Origin: Candidatus Gastranaerophilales bacterium
GTDB lineage: Bacteria; Cyanobacteriota; Vampirovibrionia; Gastranaerophilales; Gastranaerophilaceae
DNA length: 64,000 nucleotides
Reading direction: 5' to 3'
NCBI GenBank assembly: GCA_944323135.1
Contig: CALURI010000013.1
Span: 1,039-65,038, forward strand
The position numbers and the translations under genes are program-made. This document shows, one piece after another, positions 37,562-47,161 of the stretch (the first letter of the stretch is position 1; every line of letters begins with the position of its first letter). A model generated the notes under the pieces. It saw nothing but the letters and a program-made list of their open reading frames with translations. It made no database searches and was not told where the DNA came from.

Positions 37562-37677
37562 TTCATACCCCTCAGTTTATAAAAACATTTTACTTGAAAA
37601 AAACTTATATTGCAATTTTTTAGTATATGAGTTTTTTTATTTTTGTTATAATATTTTTGGAAAAGAAAGGGACAGCT

Positions 37678-38679
37678 ATGAAAGAAAGAATTGTTTCAGG
37701 AATGAGACCGACAGGGAAATTACATTTAGGACATTATCTTGGGGTTATTCAAAATTGGGTTAAATTACAACATGAGTATGACAGTTATTTTTTTGTAGCT
37801 GATTGGCACGCTCTTACAACTAAATATGATAAGACAGAAACTTTAAAAGATGATATTAAAGATGTTGTCATAGATTGGCTTTCTTGCGGAATTGACCCGA
37901 ATATATCTACTGTTTATGTTCAATCATTAGTTCCGGAAATCGCTGAATTGAATATATATCTTGGTATGATTACACCGCAAAATTGGGTTGAACGTGATCC
38001 TTGTCTTAAAGATATGGCAAAAATTCTTAAAAATAAAGAAGGTACCTCTTCTCAAATAAATTACGGATTAATGGGGTATCCTGTTTTGATGAGTGCGGAT
38101 ATAATGATGTTTAATGCGACAGCTGTACCTGTCGGTATAGATCAGGTTGCTCATATTGAAATTACTCGTGATATTGCGCGTCGTTTTAATAATTTGTATA
38201 AAACGGAATTTTTTAATGAACCTAAACCGCTTCTTAATAATTGTTCATTAATATGCGGACTTGACGGAAATAAAATGGGAAAATCTTTCCATAATGATAT
38301 TAAAATTTCAGATACAGAAGAAGTTACAGCTAAAAAAATAATGACTGCAATAACTGATAGAAGCAGAATGAGAAAAGATGATCCCGGACATCCTGATGAA
38401 TGCGAAGTCGCATTTAAATACTGGCAAATTTTTGCTAATCAAGAACAGATTGAAACTGTAAGATGTGAATGCGAAAAAGGTATGCGCGGCTGCGCTGATT
38501 GTAAACGTCAATTAGGAGCTTTAGTGAATGAAAAATTTGCTCCTATAAGAGAAAAAAGACGTTATTATGAAGCGCATCCAAAAGAAGTTGAAGATATTAT
38601 TATGCAAGGCTCACAGAAAGCCCGTATACAAGCTCAAAAAGTTCTCGCACAAGTTCGTGACTTAATGGGAATGTATTAA
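37678..38679 (+). CDS. trpS: Tryptophan--tRNA ligase with a C-x22-C-x6-C-x2-C cysteine motif
   Basis: HIGH-type HLGH and KMSKS-type KMGKS motifs. Cysteines sit at residues 242, 265, 272 and 275 of the 333-aa product. The start was chosen at the ATG 37678 (MKERIVSGMRPTG). Confidence 0.9.
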   Translation: MKERIVSGMRPTGKLHLGHYLGVIQNWVKLQHEYDSYFFVADWHALTTKYDKTETLKDDIKDVVIDWLSCGIDPNISTVYVQSLVPEIAELNIYLGMITPQNWVERDPCLKDMAKILKNKEGTSSQINYGLMGYPVLMSADIMMFNATAVPVGIDQVAHIEITRDIARRFNNLYKTEFFNEPKPLLNNCSLICGLDGNKMGKSFHNDIKISDTEEVTAKKIMTAITDRSRMRKDDPGHPDECEVAFKYWQIFANQEQIETVRCECEKGMRGCADCKRQLGALVNEKFAPIREKRRYYEAHPKEVEDIIMQGSQKARIQAQKVLAQVRDLMGMY

Positions 38680-38786
38680 AAACATCAGGCCAGCACAAAA
38701 GATAAACGGAGTATTTGTGCCAGCCTGTAATCCGCGACTATGACTTAATTATGCGGGTATACAATTGTTTGATTTTAATTTTCAAT

Positions 38787-38807
38787 AAAAAAGCCGTTAT
38801 AAACGGC
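38787..38807 (-). terminator. Terminator-like hairpin on the minus strand
   Basis: Minus strand reads GCCGTT-tat-AACGGC followed by TTTTTT. It lies ~155 nt downstream of another minus-strand terminator, so it may end a small independent transcript. Confidence 0.4.
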
Positions 38808-38960
38808 CAATCTCATATTTGGTAAAAGGTTAGTGTGTGTGTAGGAGAAAATAAAGAAAAAGAAAATGGTTTATATTTTCACTATGCCACATATAAAGAT
38901 ATCTATAACATATATTAAGTATATATTTTACAATTGTTAATACAGAAAATTTTTAGTAAT

Positions 38961-38991
38961 AAAAAAAGATGACTTATATTGTCATCTTTTT
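38961..38991 (-). terminator. Rho-independent terminator of 39021-39305
   Basis: Minus strand reads AAAAGATGAC-aatataa-GTCATCTTTTTTT. Confidence 0.7.
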
Positions 38992-39020
38992 AATATTCCT
39001 TTTCCTAATTTCCTATTGAT

Positions 39021-39305
39021 TTATCTAACGACTTTTGATACAAAGTTTGCTATTTCAAAAAATGAATCTTTTACAAATTCTTTTGCTAAAGTTTTTATCG
39101 GTCTGTTTTCAATGACATCAAATACATAATATATTGGATCTCTTGAGTTATTAAAACGCATTCTTCTGTCTTTTTTTTCAAGATAATTGTAATCTTCTAT
39201 ATTAAATTCTTGTGAATTTCTTTTTTTTGTTCTGCGTCTTGTTAATGATCCGAATTGACCGTTGCCGCCGGTATTATTATTTAATTCATTTGTAGTTGGA
39301 AGCAT
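39021..39305 (-). CDS. Hypothetical basic protein
   Basis: 94-aa ORF with an RRRTKKR stretch. No family recognised. Confidence 0.4.
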   Translation of the reverse strand: MLPTTNELNNNTGGNGQFGSLTRRRTKKRNSQEFNIEDYNYLEKKDRRMRFNNSRDPIYYVFDVIENRPIKTLAKEFVKDSFFEIANFVSKVVR

Positions 39306-39517
39306 TTTCTTTTCTCTCTCTTTATATATCTCTTACATATATATAAAGTATATAATGATAAAAAAATTGCTTTTTTAAACTGCATTTTGTAACGAAATGT
39401 TAAATAAATTTATTTGCATTTTGTTTTCCCGTTTATAGACAAATCATCGCAGTGCAAGTAGTCCATGTTGCCATTCATTATTACCCAGCCGGTACAATAG
39501 TGATAGCCTTTGCCGTT

Positions 39518-40111
39518 TTAACAATAGTTTTTAAATTGAGAATCATTTGTTCCGAGAGGATAAATTCTGTTTGGATTAAAGCCAAAGCAGAAAACATTTG
39601 GATTCCAGCTTCCTTTTTTGTCATGTGTAGGTTTGTTATCTACATGTACATATAGATTTCCACAATTTGCATTAGGGTTATCTTCTGTACATTTTGATGG
39701 TAAAAGCCACATCCCGACAATTGCTGTTCCATCAGGCATAATATAACCTTTATTTTGATAACCATCTTTTCCTGCCGTATTATGAATGGGTTCATAACCT
39801 GCTTTTTGCAAATATTTCCCAATAATATTAAAAAATTTGTCATATTGCTGAAGTGTTTCTTCTGTATGAATTTTTTCTCCATCTTCATCTTCTTCAGTTA
39901 CAGAATCTTTTAACCCCCAGTTATCAATAGTACCATTTTCCAAAACAGCCATAGCGTAAGCTTGTGAAAATACGCTGTAAAACTTTTTGACTCGTGCAAC
40001 GATTGCTTGTTCTCTGTAATTTTGAATGAGAGATGGCAAAGTTAAAGCTGCGACTACACCTATTATTCCCAGAGTAATTAAAACTTCTGCTAAAGTAAAG
40101 CCTTTTTTCAT
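39518..40111 (-). CDS. Type IV pilin-like / pseudopilin protein
   Basis: Canonical MKKG|FTLAEVLITLGIIGVVAALTLPSLIQNY. The start is at 40111; the longer track ORF to 40345 overlaps the divergent HTH gene and is rejected. Confidence 0.8.
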   Translation of the reverse strand: MKKGFTLAEVLITLGIIGVVAALTLPSLIQNYREQAIVARVKKFYSVFSQAYAMAVLENGTIDNWGLKDSVTEEDEDGEKIHTEETLQQYDKFFNIIGKYLQKAGYEPIHNTAGKDGYQNKGYIMPDGTAIVGMWLLPSKCTEDNPNANCGNLYVHVDNKPTHDKKGSWNPNVFCFGFNPNRIYPLGTNDSQFKNYC

Positions 40112-40165
40112 TTGCCTGCCTTTCTGTTTATTCTTACTTATCTGACTAATAAAAATTTTTATAAT

Positions 40166-40184
40166 TGTAAGATAACATCTTACA
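40166..40184. promoter_or_regulatory. Inverted repeat, candidate operator in the pilin/XRE divergent region
   Basis: TGTAAGAT-AAC-ATCTTACA has perfect 8-bp arms. It lies between the pilin start (40111) and the XRE start (40200). Confidence 0.5.
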
Positions 40185-40199
40185 TATTTATAAATATTA

Positions 40200-40427
40200 T
40201 TGATGCAAAATGAATTTATGTCAAGACTAGAACAACTAGGACAAAACATTAAAAAATATAGAAAAATGCAAAATTTATCACAAAATGCTTTTGCTGAAAT
40301 GATAAATTTTTCAAGAGAACATCTTGCCTGTATTGAAACCGGCAAGGAGTATATCAGTTTAAGGAAATTATTTTTAATAGCTGATACTTTAGGAATTTCT
40401 CTTAAAGATTTAATAAACTTTGATTAA
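40200..40427 (+). CDS. XRE family helix-turn-helix transcriptional regulator
   Basis: IKKYRKMQNLSQNAFAEMINFSREHLACIETGKEYISLRKLFLIADTLGISLKDLI. Confidence 0.8.
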   Translation: MMQNEFMSRLEQLGQNIKKYRKMQNLSQNAFAEMINFSREHLACIETGKEYISLRKLFLIADTLGISLKDLINFD

Positions 40428-40428
40428 T

Positions 40429-41847
40429 TTATTTCCCTAATTCAACTATATCACCTGTATTTTGGGTTAAATTTTTGCCCACTGCTTTTTCAAGTGATGC
40501 TTTAGCTGAATTATATTGGTATAATGCATCATAATAATTTAGTTGAGCTTGCTGATAATTAATTTGTGCATCCTTTAATTCTGTCGGATTTGCTTCTCCG
40601 ACGCGGTATCTTCCGTATGAAAGCTCATAGTTTTCTTTTGCTTGTTTTACACCAAGCATTGCAACAGGCATTTGATTTTTCTTTTCTTCAAGGAGTAAGA
40701 ATGCATTTTGAATTTCCAAATAAATCTGGTTTTGTGTATTTTTTGCATTTGCAAGTTCTTTATCATACAGGTATCTGGCTTCTTTGATTTCATTTTTTAT
40801 TAACATACCGTTTACTGTCGGGAAATTTAAATAACCTCCGAAATTATAACCGTAATTTGATGCCCAGTTTTTACCGCCGATCTGAAATTGACCTTCAACG
40901 GAGAGTGTTGGAAAATAAGATTTTTTAGTAAGTTTAATTGTTTGGTTTGCGCTTTCTACTTTTAATTCTGCAAGTTTTAATTCCGGACGTGCTTCTCTTG
41001 CAATTTCAATGGCATCATTAAAAGTGATATCAATCGGTTGATAGTTCAGTCTTTCTTGAACGTTATATTTATCTATAAAAGGAACTCCCATAACATTATT
41101 TAATTTTGCTATTGCAAGGTTTACGGCATTGTCTGCCTGGATAAGCTGCAATTTTGCATTACTTAAGTTTACTTCTGCTATTGTGACGTCAACTTTCGGA
41201 TTCATTCCTATTTCATAAAAAGCTTTTGCCTGATTATAAAACATTTCAAATTTTTTAACGGTATCTTCTGCTACTCGTTTATTTTCCATAGCATATAAAA
41301 GATTGTAATAAGAATCTTTAGTTTGGAAGATAATATCATTTATGGTTGCAGCGAGAGTGGTTTTGTTGGCTTCATAATCTAATCTTCTTATTGTTGCCTG
41401 ATTTTGAGTTACCCCGAAATCGTATAGCATTTGTTGAAGGGTTATTTGCCCCAGTATATAATAGTTAAATGTTAAATTTCTTCCGAATACATCTGACAAT
41501 TGTAATTGTCTAATTCTTGTATAGCCGGTTTGCCAACTGAATTGCGGGAAATAGTTAGACCAAACTTGCCTGATTCTTGTATCAGCTGCAAGTATATCGT
41601 GAAATGCCGCATTAATTTGGGGATTATTCCCGAGAGCAAGTTCTATACATTTGTCAAGTGTCATGTCGATATTTTTTTCGACAGAACCTTCTATTATAAA
41701 ATCGGCATTCCCGTTTTGTTTTGGCAATACTGCATCTGCCGGAGGGTATTCTTTTTCATTAACTTCGTTTCCTATATCCTCTGCTGAAAATACATTAATA
41801 CCGGTTAAACTAAATATTAAACTTAATATTATTATTTTTTTTAACAT
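40429..41847 (-). CDS. TolC-family outer membrane efflux protein
   Basis: Signal peptide and two tandem OEP repeats (LTLDKCIELALGNNPQINAA..., ...LYQYNSAKASLEKAVG). It is the last gene of the RND operon. Confidence 0.85.
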   Translation of the reverse strand: MLKKIIILSLIFSLTGINVFSAEDIGNEVNEKEYPPADAVLPKQNGNADFIIEGSVEKNIDMTLDKCIELALGNNPQINAAFHDILAADTRIRQVWSNYFPQFSWQTGYTRIRQLQLSDVFGRNLTFNYYILGQITLQQMLYDFGVTQNQATIRRLDYEANKTTLAATINDIIFQTKDSYYNLLYAMENKRVAEDTVKKFEMFYNQAKAFYEIGMNPKVDVTIAEVNLSNAKLQLIQADNAVNLAIAKLNNVMGVPFIDKYNVQERLNYQPIDITFNDAIEIAREARPELKLAELKVESANQTIKLTKKSYFPTLSVEGQFQIGGKNWASNYGYNFGGYLNFPTVNGMLIKNEIKEARYLYDKELANAKNTQNQIYLEIQNAFLLLEEKKNQMPVAMLGVKQAKENYELSYGRYRVGEANPTELKDAQINYQQAQLNYYDALYQYNSAKASLEKAVGKNLTQNTGDIVELGK

Positions 41848-44800
41848 TTAATTATCCTTTTTTAGTTTTTTTGCTTTATTAGCGGTAAATACTTTAAAGT
41901 TTTCAACCATAACAAAAAACGCAGGAACTAAGAATGTTCCGATAAATGCAACAGCCATCATCCCGCCAAATACTGTCATACCTACGGAATTTCTGCTTGC
42001 TGCACCTGCACCTTTTGCAAATACCAATGGTAAAAGCCCTAAAATAAATGCAATATTTGTCATCATTACAGCTCTGAATCTTAATTTTGCAGCTTGCAGA
42101 GCTGATTCGTTTATTCCCATACCTGATTGGTGTGCATCTTTAGCAAATTCTATGATTAAGATAGCTTGTTTTGTGGATAATCCGATTAACATTACAAGCC
42201 CGATTTGAGAATAAAGGTCAAGTGAATATCCTGAAACATATTGGAAAAACAATGCTCCTACAAGTGCAACAGGAGATATCAAAAGTACAGCGATTGGCAG
42301 CATCCAGCTTTCATATAAACCTACAAGGAAGAGGTATATGAAAACAAGTGACATTGCAAGGATAGGTCCTATTTGTCCGCTTGATTCTTTTTCTTGTAAA
42401 GAACTTCCTGACCATGAATAACCCATATCTTTTGGTAAAATTTCATTGGAAAGTTTTTCCATAGTATTCATTGCTTGTCCTGAACTTACTCCGTTTCTGG
42501 CTTGGCCGTTAATTAATATTGAAGGATACATGTTAAATCTTGTTAAACTGTAAGGCCCTACAATATTGCTTACTTTAACGACAGATGACAATGGCACCAT
42601 TTTACCTGAATTATTTTTTACATATATTTTATCTATGTCTGCAGGTTTTTCTCTAAATTCCGAATCTGCTTGAAGATAAACACGATATACACGACCGTAT
42701 TTATTAAAGTCATTAACGTAAGATTTTCCGAAATATCCCGACAGAGCACTATATATTTCATTTATATCAATCCCTTGAGCAAGGGCTTTTCTCTCATCAA
42801 CTTTTATCAAAAGTTGTGGTAAGTTTGCGGTAAATGATGTATAAACCATTTGGAAATCAGGACTTTTATTTGCTTCTGCAATAATTTTTTGAGCTTCATC
42901 ATAAAGTTCCTGAGGGGTTCTGTCTCCTTTGTCTAAAAGCTGGTATTCAAAACCGCCGAACATACCCAACCCCGAAATTGACGGTGGTGAAAAAGATGCC
43001 ACAGTTGCAGAAGGGTAATTGGCAAATTCTTTTTTAATTTTGCTCAATATACTCTGCATGGATTGATCTTTACTTTTTCTCTCAGACCAATTTTTTAACT
43101 GTGCAACAATAAGTGCTGTATTTTCGCCTGAATATCCGACAAGGTTAATTGTAGTATCAACTCCTGGAATTTCAAGAATTCTTGACTCAACTTCTTTTGC
43201 AACCATTTCGGTTCGTGAAGCTGAAGAGCCATCAGGAAGTTGGATTTGAGAAAATACCGCACCTTTATCTTCTGTTGGTAAAAAGCCTTTAGGGATTAAC
43301 CAAAACATTACTGAGGTAAATATTATAACTACTGTATATAAAATTATTGTAAGTTTTGGTGAGTTAATAAATATTTTAACTCCTTCCAGATACTTATCTC
43401 TGATACCGTTGAACCAGTCATCAAATTTTTGTATAAATTCAAAATCAGCCTTTTCTTCTCCTGATTTTAAAATCATTGCACAAAGTGCAGGTGCAAGAGT
43501 AAGTGCAACAAGAGTTGAAAGACCTATTGATGATGCAATACAAAGTGCAAATTGTCTGAACATTTGACCTGTAATACCTGACATAAATGATACAGGAACA
43601 AATACTGCCATCAATACAAGAGAAGTTGCCAAAACTGCACCAAATACTTCTTCCATTGTAATTTCTGTAGCATCAACAGGTTTTTTGCCTTCTTGAATGT
43701 GCCTTTGAGTGTTTTCAAGTACAACAATAGCGTCATCAACAACCAAACCTACGGCAAGTACAAGTCCGAATAAGATAAGTAAGTTTATGGAAAAACCGAG
43801 AATATTCATAAATATAAATACCCCGATTAAGGAAACCGGTATTGCACAAAATGGAATTAATGCAGCTCTTGCACTCCCGAGAAACATATAAGTTACGATA
43901 CCTACAAGTATAATTGCAAGACCGATTGCATTAATAACTTCTTTAATAGATTCTCTTACAAATTCAGTTTCATCACGTTGAATTTTGTATTCAATTCCTT
44001 GCGGAAAACTTTTGCTTAATTCTGCCATTTTCGCTCTGATTTTATTTGATAAATCGATTGCGTTAGCTTCAGGAAGCTGGCTTATTGATATAATAGCAGA
44101 ATCTCTGCCGCCTATTCTTGAGAAATAAGAATAACTTTCAGCACCTAATTCTACTCTTGCAATATCTTTTAATCTTATTTGAGATCCGTCAGGTTTTGAA
44201 CGTACAATTATATCTTCAAATTCTTCAACATCTTTTAAACGTCCTTTTGTTCTCATTGTAAGTTTAATAAGCTGTTTGTTTTTCATAGGTTCAACACCTA
44301 AATCGCCGGCCGGAACTTGAGTGTTTTGAGCTTGGATTGCTGCATTAACTTCTGAAACAGAAACCCCAAGGTTTGCCATTTTTCCCGCATCAAGCCATAT
44401 TCTCATAGAATAATCTGATGATCCGAATACTGCAACTTTACCAATACCTTTGATACGTGCAAGCTCATCTTTAATATATATTGATGCATAATTGGCTACA
44501 TATAATGAATCGTATGTATGTGTCGGCGAATTAACTGAAATCATCATTAAACCGGGACCGCCTGTTGATTTTTTTACAGATAATCCGTATCTTCTGACTT
44601 CTTCCGGCAAACGTGGCGTAACAAGTTGGAGCTGGTTTTGAACATTTACTACAGCCATATCAGGGTCTGAACCGATTTCAAAGTACAAAGTCAACTGATA
44701 TTGACCATTCTGAGAAGTTGATGACATGTAAATCATATCTTCAACACCGTTTAATTGTGCTTCAACAGGCGCGGCAATTGTATCTTGAATAACATCAGAA

Positions 44801-44976
44801 CTTGCACCTGCATAAGTTGCGGTAACTATTACCTGTGGTGGAGTAATTGAAGGGTATTCTTCCAGAGGAAGAGCTGTTATCATAAGCATACCGGCAAGCA
44901 TAATTGCAAGTGATATTACAATTGCCAGTTTGGGGCGTTTTATAAATATATTTCCTTTATTTTCGTTATGCATCAT
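41848..44976 (-). CDS. RND multidrug efflux transporter, AcrB/HAE1 family
   Basis: 1042 aa with 12-TM architecture. Conserved segments are VDDAIVVLENTQRH and GLSTKQAILIIEFA. Confidence 0.95.
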   Translation of the reverse strand: MMHNENKGNIFIKRPKLAIVISLAIMLAGMLMITALPLEEYPSITPPQVIVTATYAGASSDVIQDTIAAPVEAQLNGVEDMIYMSSTSQNGQYQLTLYFEIGSDPDMAVVNVQNQLQLVTPRLPEEVRRYGLSVKKSTGGPGLMMISVNSPTHTYDSLYVANYASIYIKDELARIKGIGKVAVFGSSDYSMRIWLDAGKMANLGVSVSEVNAAIQAQNTQVPAGDLGVEPMKNKQLIKLTMRTKGRLKDVEEFEDIIVRSKPDGSQIRLKDIARVELGAESYSYFSRIGGRDSAIISISQLPEANAIDLSNKIRAKMAELSKSFPQGIEYKIQRDETEFVRESIKEVINAIGLAIILVGIVTYMFLGSARAALIPFCAIPVSLIGVFIFMNILGFSINLLILFGLVLAVGLVVDDAIVVLENTQRHIQEGKKPVDATEITMEEVFGAVLATSLVLMAVFVPVSFMSGITGQMFRQFALCIASSIGLSTLVALTLAPALCAMILKSGEEKADFEFIQKFDDWFNGIRDKYLEGVKIFINSPKLTIILYTVVIIFTSVMFWLIPKGFLPTEDKGAVFSQIQLPDGSSASRTEMVAKEVESRILEIPGVDTTINLVGYSGENTALIVAQLKNWSERKSKDQSMQSILSKIKKEFANYPSATVASFSPPSISGLGMFGGFEYQLLDKGDRTPQELYDEAQKIIAEANKSPDFQMVYTSFTANLPQLLIKVDERKALAQGIDINEIYSALSGYFGKSYVNDFNKYGRVYRVYLQADSEFREKPADIDKIYVKNNSGKMVPLSSVVKVSNIVGPYSLTRFNMYPSILINGQARNGVSSGQAMNTMEKLSNEILPKDMGYSWSGSSLQEKESSGQIGPILAMSLVFIYLFLVGLYESWMLPIAVLLISPVALVGALFFQYVSGYSLDLYSQIGLVMLIGLSTKQAILIIEFAKDAHQSGMGINESALQAAKLRFRAVMMTNIAFILGLLPLVFAKGAGAASRNSVGMTVFGGMMAVAFIGTFLVPAFFVMVENFKVFTANKAKKLKKDN

Positions 44977-45051
44977 ATCCCTTTGCCTTGGAAGAACGAA
45001 AGTTAAGATATCAGAAATTTTTCTGACTCTTTATTTTCTTCTGTCCTTTTT

Positions 45052-46212
45052 TTATTTTGTTACTTTTTCTGTTTTTATTTTTTTCATTTCTTCTTCTGTT
45101 ACAATTTTGACAGGTTTTCCGGGGACAACTTTTTGTAATCCTTCTGTTATAATTCTGTCACCTTTTTGTAATCCTTCGTTTATAACCCAATTGTCTCCGT
45201 TTTGTTCACCTATTTTTACATAAGTTAATTGCGGTAGATCGTTTTCATCGAGCTTATAAACATATTTACCTGCCTGATTTTCAAGTACTGCTGTTACAGG
45301 TGCTACCGGAACGTCAACAGGATTGTTTGAATATAATTTTACGGTAACAAATTCTCCATGAATAAGTTCATTGTTCGGATTTTGGAATGTAGCTCTCATT
45401 GTAACAGTACCGGTAGATTGATCAACTTTGTTGTCTTGAAAATCTTGAACCCCGTTTGTAGGATATTTTATTCCTCCGCTTAAAATGAGTTCAACTTTTC
45501 TGTTTTTATTGTTATCTTTGTCAGCATTAGCAAGGATTTGAAAATCATTTGAATCCAGAGGGAAAGTTACATATATTGGATTTGTACTGTTGATTGTTGT
45601 TAAAGCTCCGGAAGTCGGAGAAACATAGTTCCCAACTGTTACATTTATAATTCCGACTTTTCCGTCAACAGGGGATTTTACTTTTGTATAACTAAGACTT
45701 CTGTTTGCATCATTATAAGAAGCTTCCGCAGAAGCAAGCTGGGCTTTTAAAGCATCTCTGTTTGATAACATCTGATCATATTGAGCTTTGGCAATATAAT
45801 CTTTTTTTACAAGCTCTGCAGCACGTGCAAGTTGTTTTTCTGCATAAACAAGTTGGGCTTTAAGGTTTTTTACATTAGCTCCTGCAACATTTGCTGCATT
45901 TGTATATTCTGTAGGTTCTATTAAGAATAAAATCTGACCCTGTTTTACATAATCACCTTCTTTGAAATAGCTTTTTTCCAAATAACCGGCAATACGTGCA
46001 AGAACATCAACTCTGTATTTTGAAACAACTCGTCCGGGAGCTTCAAAACTCATTATTACACTTTGAGTGTTGATTTCTTGAACGGTTACACTCGGGGCGG
46101 GTTTATTTTTCATTGATTTATTTTGCATAAAACTTGAAAATTTGGCATATCCAAATCTTAAAAGTATTGCTGCAATAATTATAGACAAAAATATTATAAT
46201 ATTTTTTTTCAT
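45052..46212 (-). CDS. RND efflux periplasmic adaptor (membrane fusion protein)
   Basis: N-terminal TM/lipoyl-hairpin-barrel pattern (GDYVKQGQILFLIEP, coiled-coil AQLASAEASYNDANRSLSYTKVKSPVDGKVG). Confidence 0.9.
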   Translation of the reverse strand: MKKNIIIFLSIIIAAILLRFGYAKFSSFMQNKSMKNKPAPSVTVQEINTQSVIMSFEAPGRVVSKYRVDVLARIAGYLEKSYFKEGDYVKQGQILFLIEPTEYTNAANVAGANVKNLKAQLVYAEKQLARAAELVKKDYIAKAQYDQMLSNRDALKAQLASAEASYNDANRSLSYTKVKSPVDGKVGIINVTVGNYVSPTSGALTTINSTNPIYVTFPLDSNDFQILANADKDNNKNRKVELILSGGIKYPTNGVQDFQDNKVDQSTGTVTMRATFQNPNNELIHGEFVTVKLYSNNPVDVPVAPVTAVLENQAGKYVYKLDENDLPQLTYVKIGEQNGDNWVINEGLQKGDRIITEGLQKVVPGKPVKIVTEEEMKKIKTEKVTK

Positions 46213-46338
46213 TGTCTCTCCCTGTCTGATTTATAGAGTAAATATAATTTATTGTGTTGTTTTTGCAACACTTTTATTTTACTATTAAACATAAACAGGT
46301 GTCAATAAAATTCTTACAAAATTGTCCTGGTGTTTATA

Positions 46339-46629
46339 TTAAAATTCTCTGTTTTTGTGAATGTCAGAAATAATATTTTTGATAAGATGAAGTTCTTGTA
46401 TAGTTGAGGTTTGGATTAAATTATAAATATCATTTCTTAGTGTATCATTTTTTTTATTCTTAAGATTAAAAAATTCATTGATATCAATATCAAGAATTTC
46501 TGAAATTTTAATAAATGTTTCTATTGAAGGAAATGAGTTTCCGTTTTCAATTGTACACATGTGACGTGGAGAAATGTCAATTTTTTCAGAAAGTTCTTCT
46601 TGTGAAAGTCCACGTTCTTTCCTTATTTC
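46339..46629 (-). pseudogene. 5'-truncated XRE-family HTH regulator remnant
   Basis: The minus frame reads stop-EIRKERGLSQEELSEKIDISPRH-M-CTIENG.... The HTH helices lie upstream of the first ATG (46560), and an in-frame TGA (46630-46632) sits just upstream. About 15 N-terminal codons, present in the intact homologue at 40200, are missing. Confidence 0.6.
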
Positions 46630-47125
46630 TCAAGCTGTAACATTAAACGTTGCTCTTGATGAATGGAATTTCGCAGATTTATCAACTGACGATACTTATA
46701 GTTTACAAACAATGCTTAACAGCAGAATGAATGTTGTTAGAACTGAAACCGGTACTTTTGAAGATCCTAAAGGTGCAAAATATGAGGCTAAAATAGGCAA
46801 AGCGAATGCTGGACAAGGTGTTAATGCGGCTCAAGATACTACTGGTAACACTACTTTGTTTTTTAATGACGGTATTATGTTCACATATAAACCAGGTGAT
46901 GCAACAGCATGTACACAAGCTGACGGTGCTACTGCTAAAATATGTTATGGTTTTATCGATGTTAACGGTATCAAAGCTCCTAACAGAATTGTTCAATGTG
47001 ATGGTGGTAATACTGACGATGATTGTGAAATCAAAAACCCGACAGACGTTTATCCTGTTAAATTTTATGATCAAACAGTTTTACCAAACTCTGTTGCTGC
47101 CAGAGCTGTATTGTACAGCAAATAA
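46624..47125 (+). pseudogene. 5'-truncated type IV pilin-like gene remnant (lacks the prepilin leader and hydrophobic helix)
   Basis: ISQAVTLNVALDEWNFADL aligns with FSQAYAMAVLENGTIDNWGL of the pilin at 39518. The motif FIDVNGIKAPNR is retained. No FTLAEV segment is present. Its own terminator is retained. Confidence 0.6.
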
Positions 47126-47161
47126 TAAAATTTTGTATATGAATAAATCGAATCTTTTTGT

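Noticed and set aside
37562-37677. T-box leader upstream of trpS.
   Set aside because: The spacer is only ~115 nt of AT-rich sequence. It has no specifier or antiterminator stem architecture and no T-box consensus.
38833-38842. (GT)5 microsatellite at 38833-38842 and (AG)5 at 19051-19060 as contingency repeats.
   Set aside because: They are very short and intergenic, and not positioned within a promoter spacer or coding frame that I could identify. They probably have no switching function.
40112-40345. N-terminal 78-aa extension of the pilin ORF 39518-40345.
   Set aside because: The extension overlaps the divergent XRE gene and the operator region. The prepilin leader MKKG|FTLAEV defines the real start at 40111.
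46574-46623. Track ORF start MSIFSESSSCESPRSFL for the pilin-like fragment, and the overlapping ORFs 46703-47074 (-) and 46806-47228 (+).
   Set aside because: The first ~17 codons are the antisense reading of the HTH remnant, not pilin sequence. The overlapping ORFs are off-frame readings of the pilin C-terminal domain with no supporting features.
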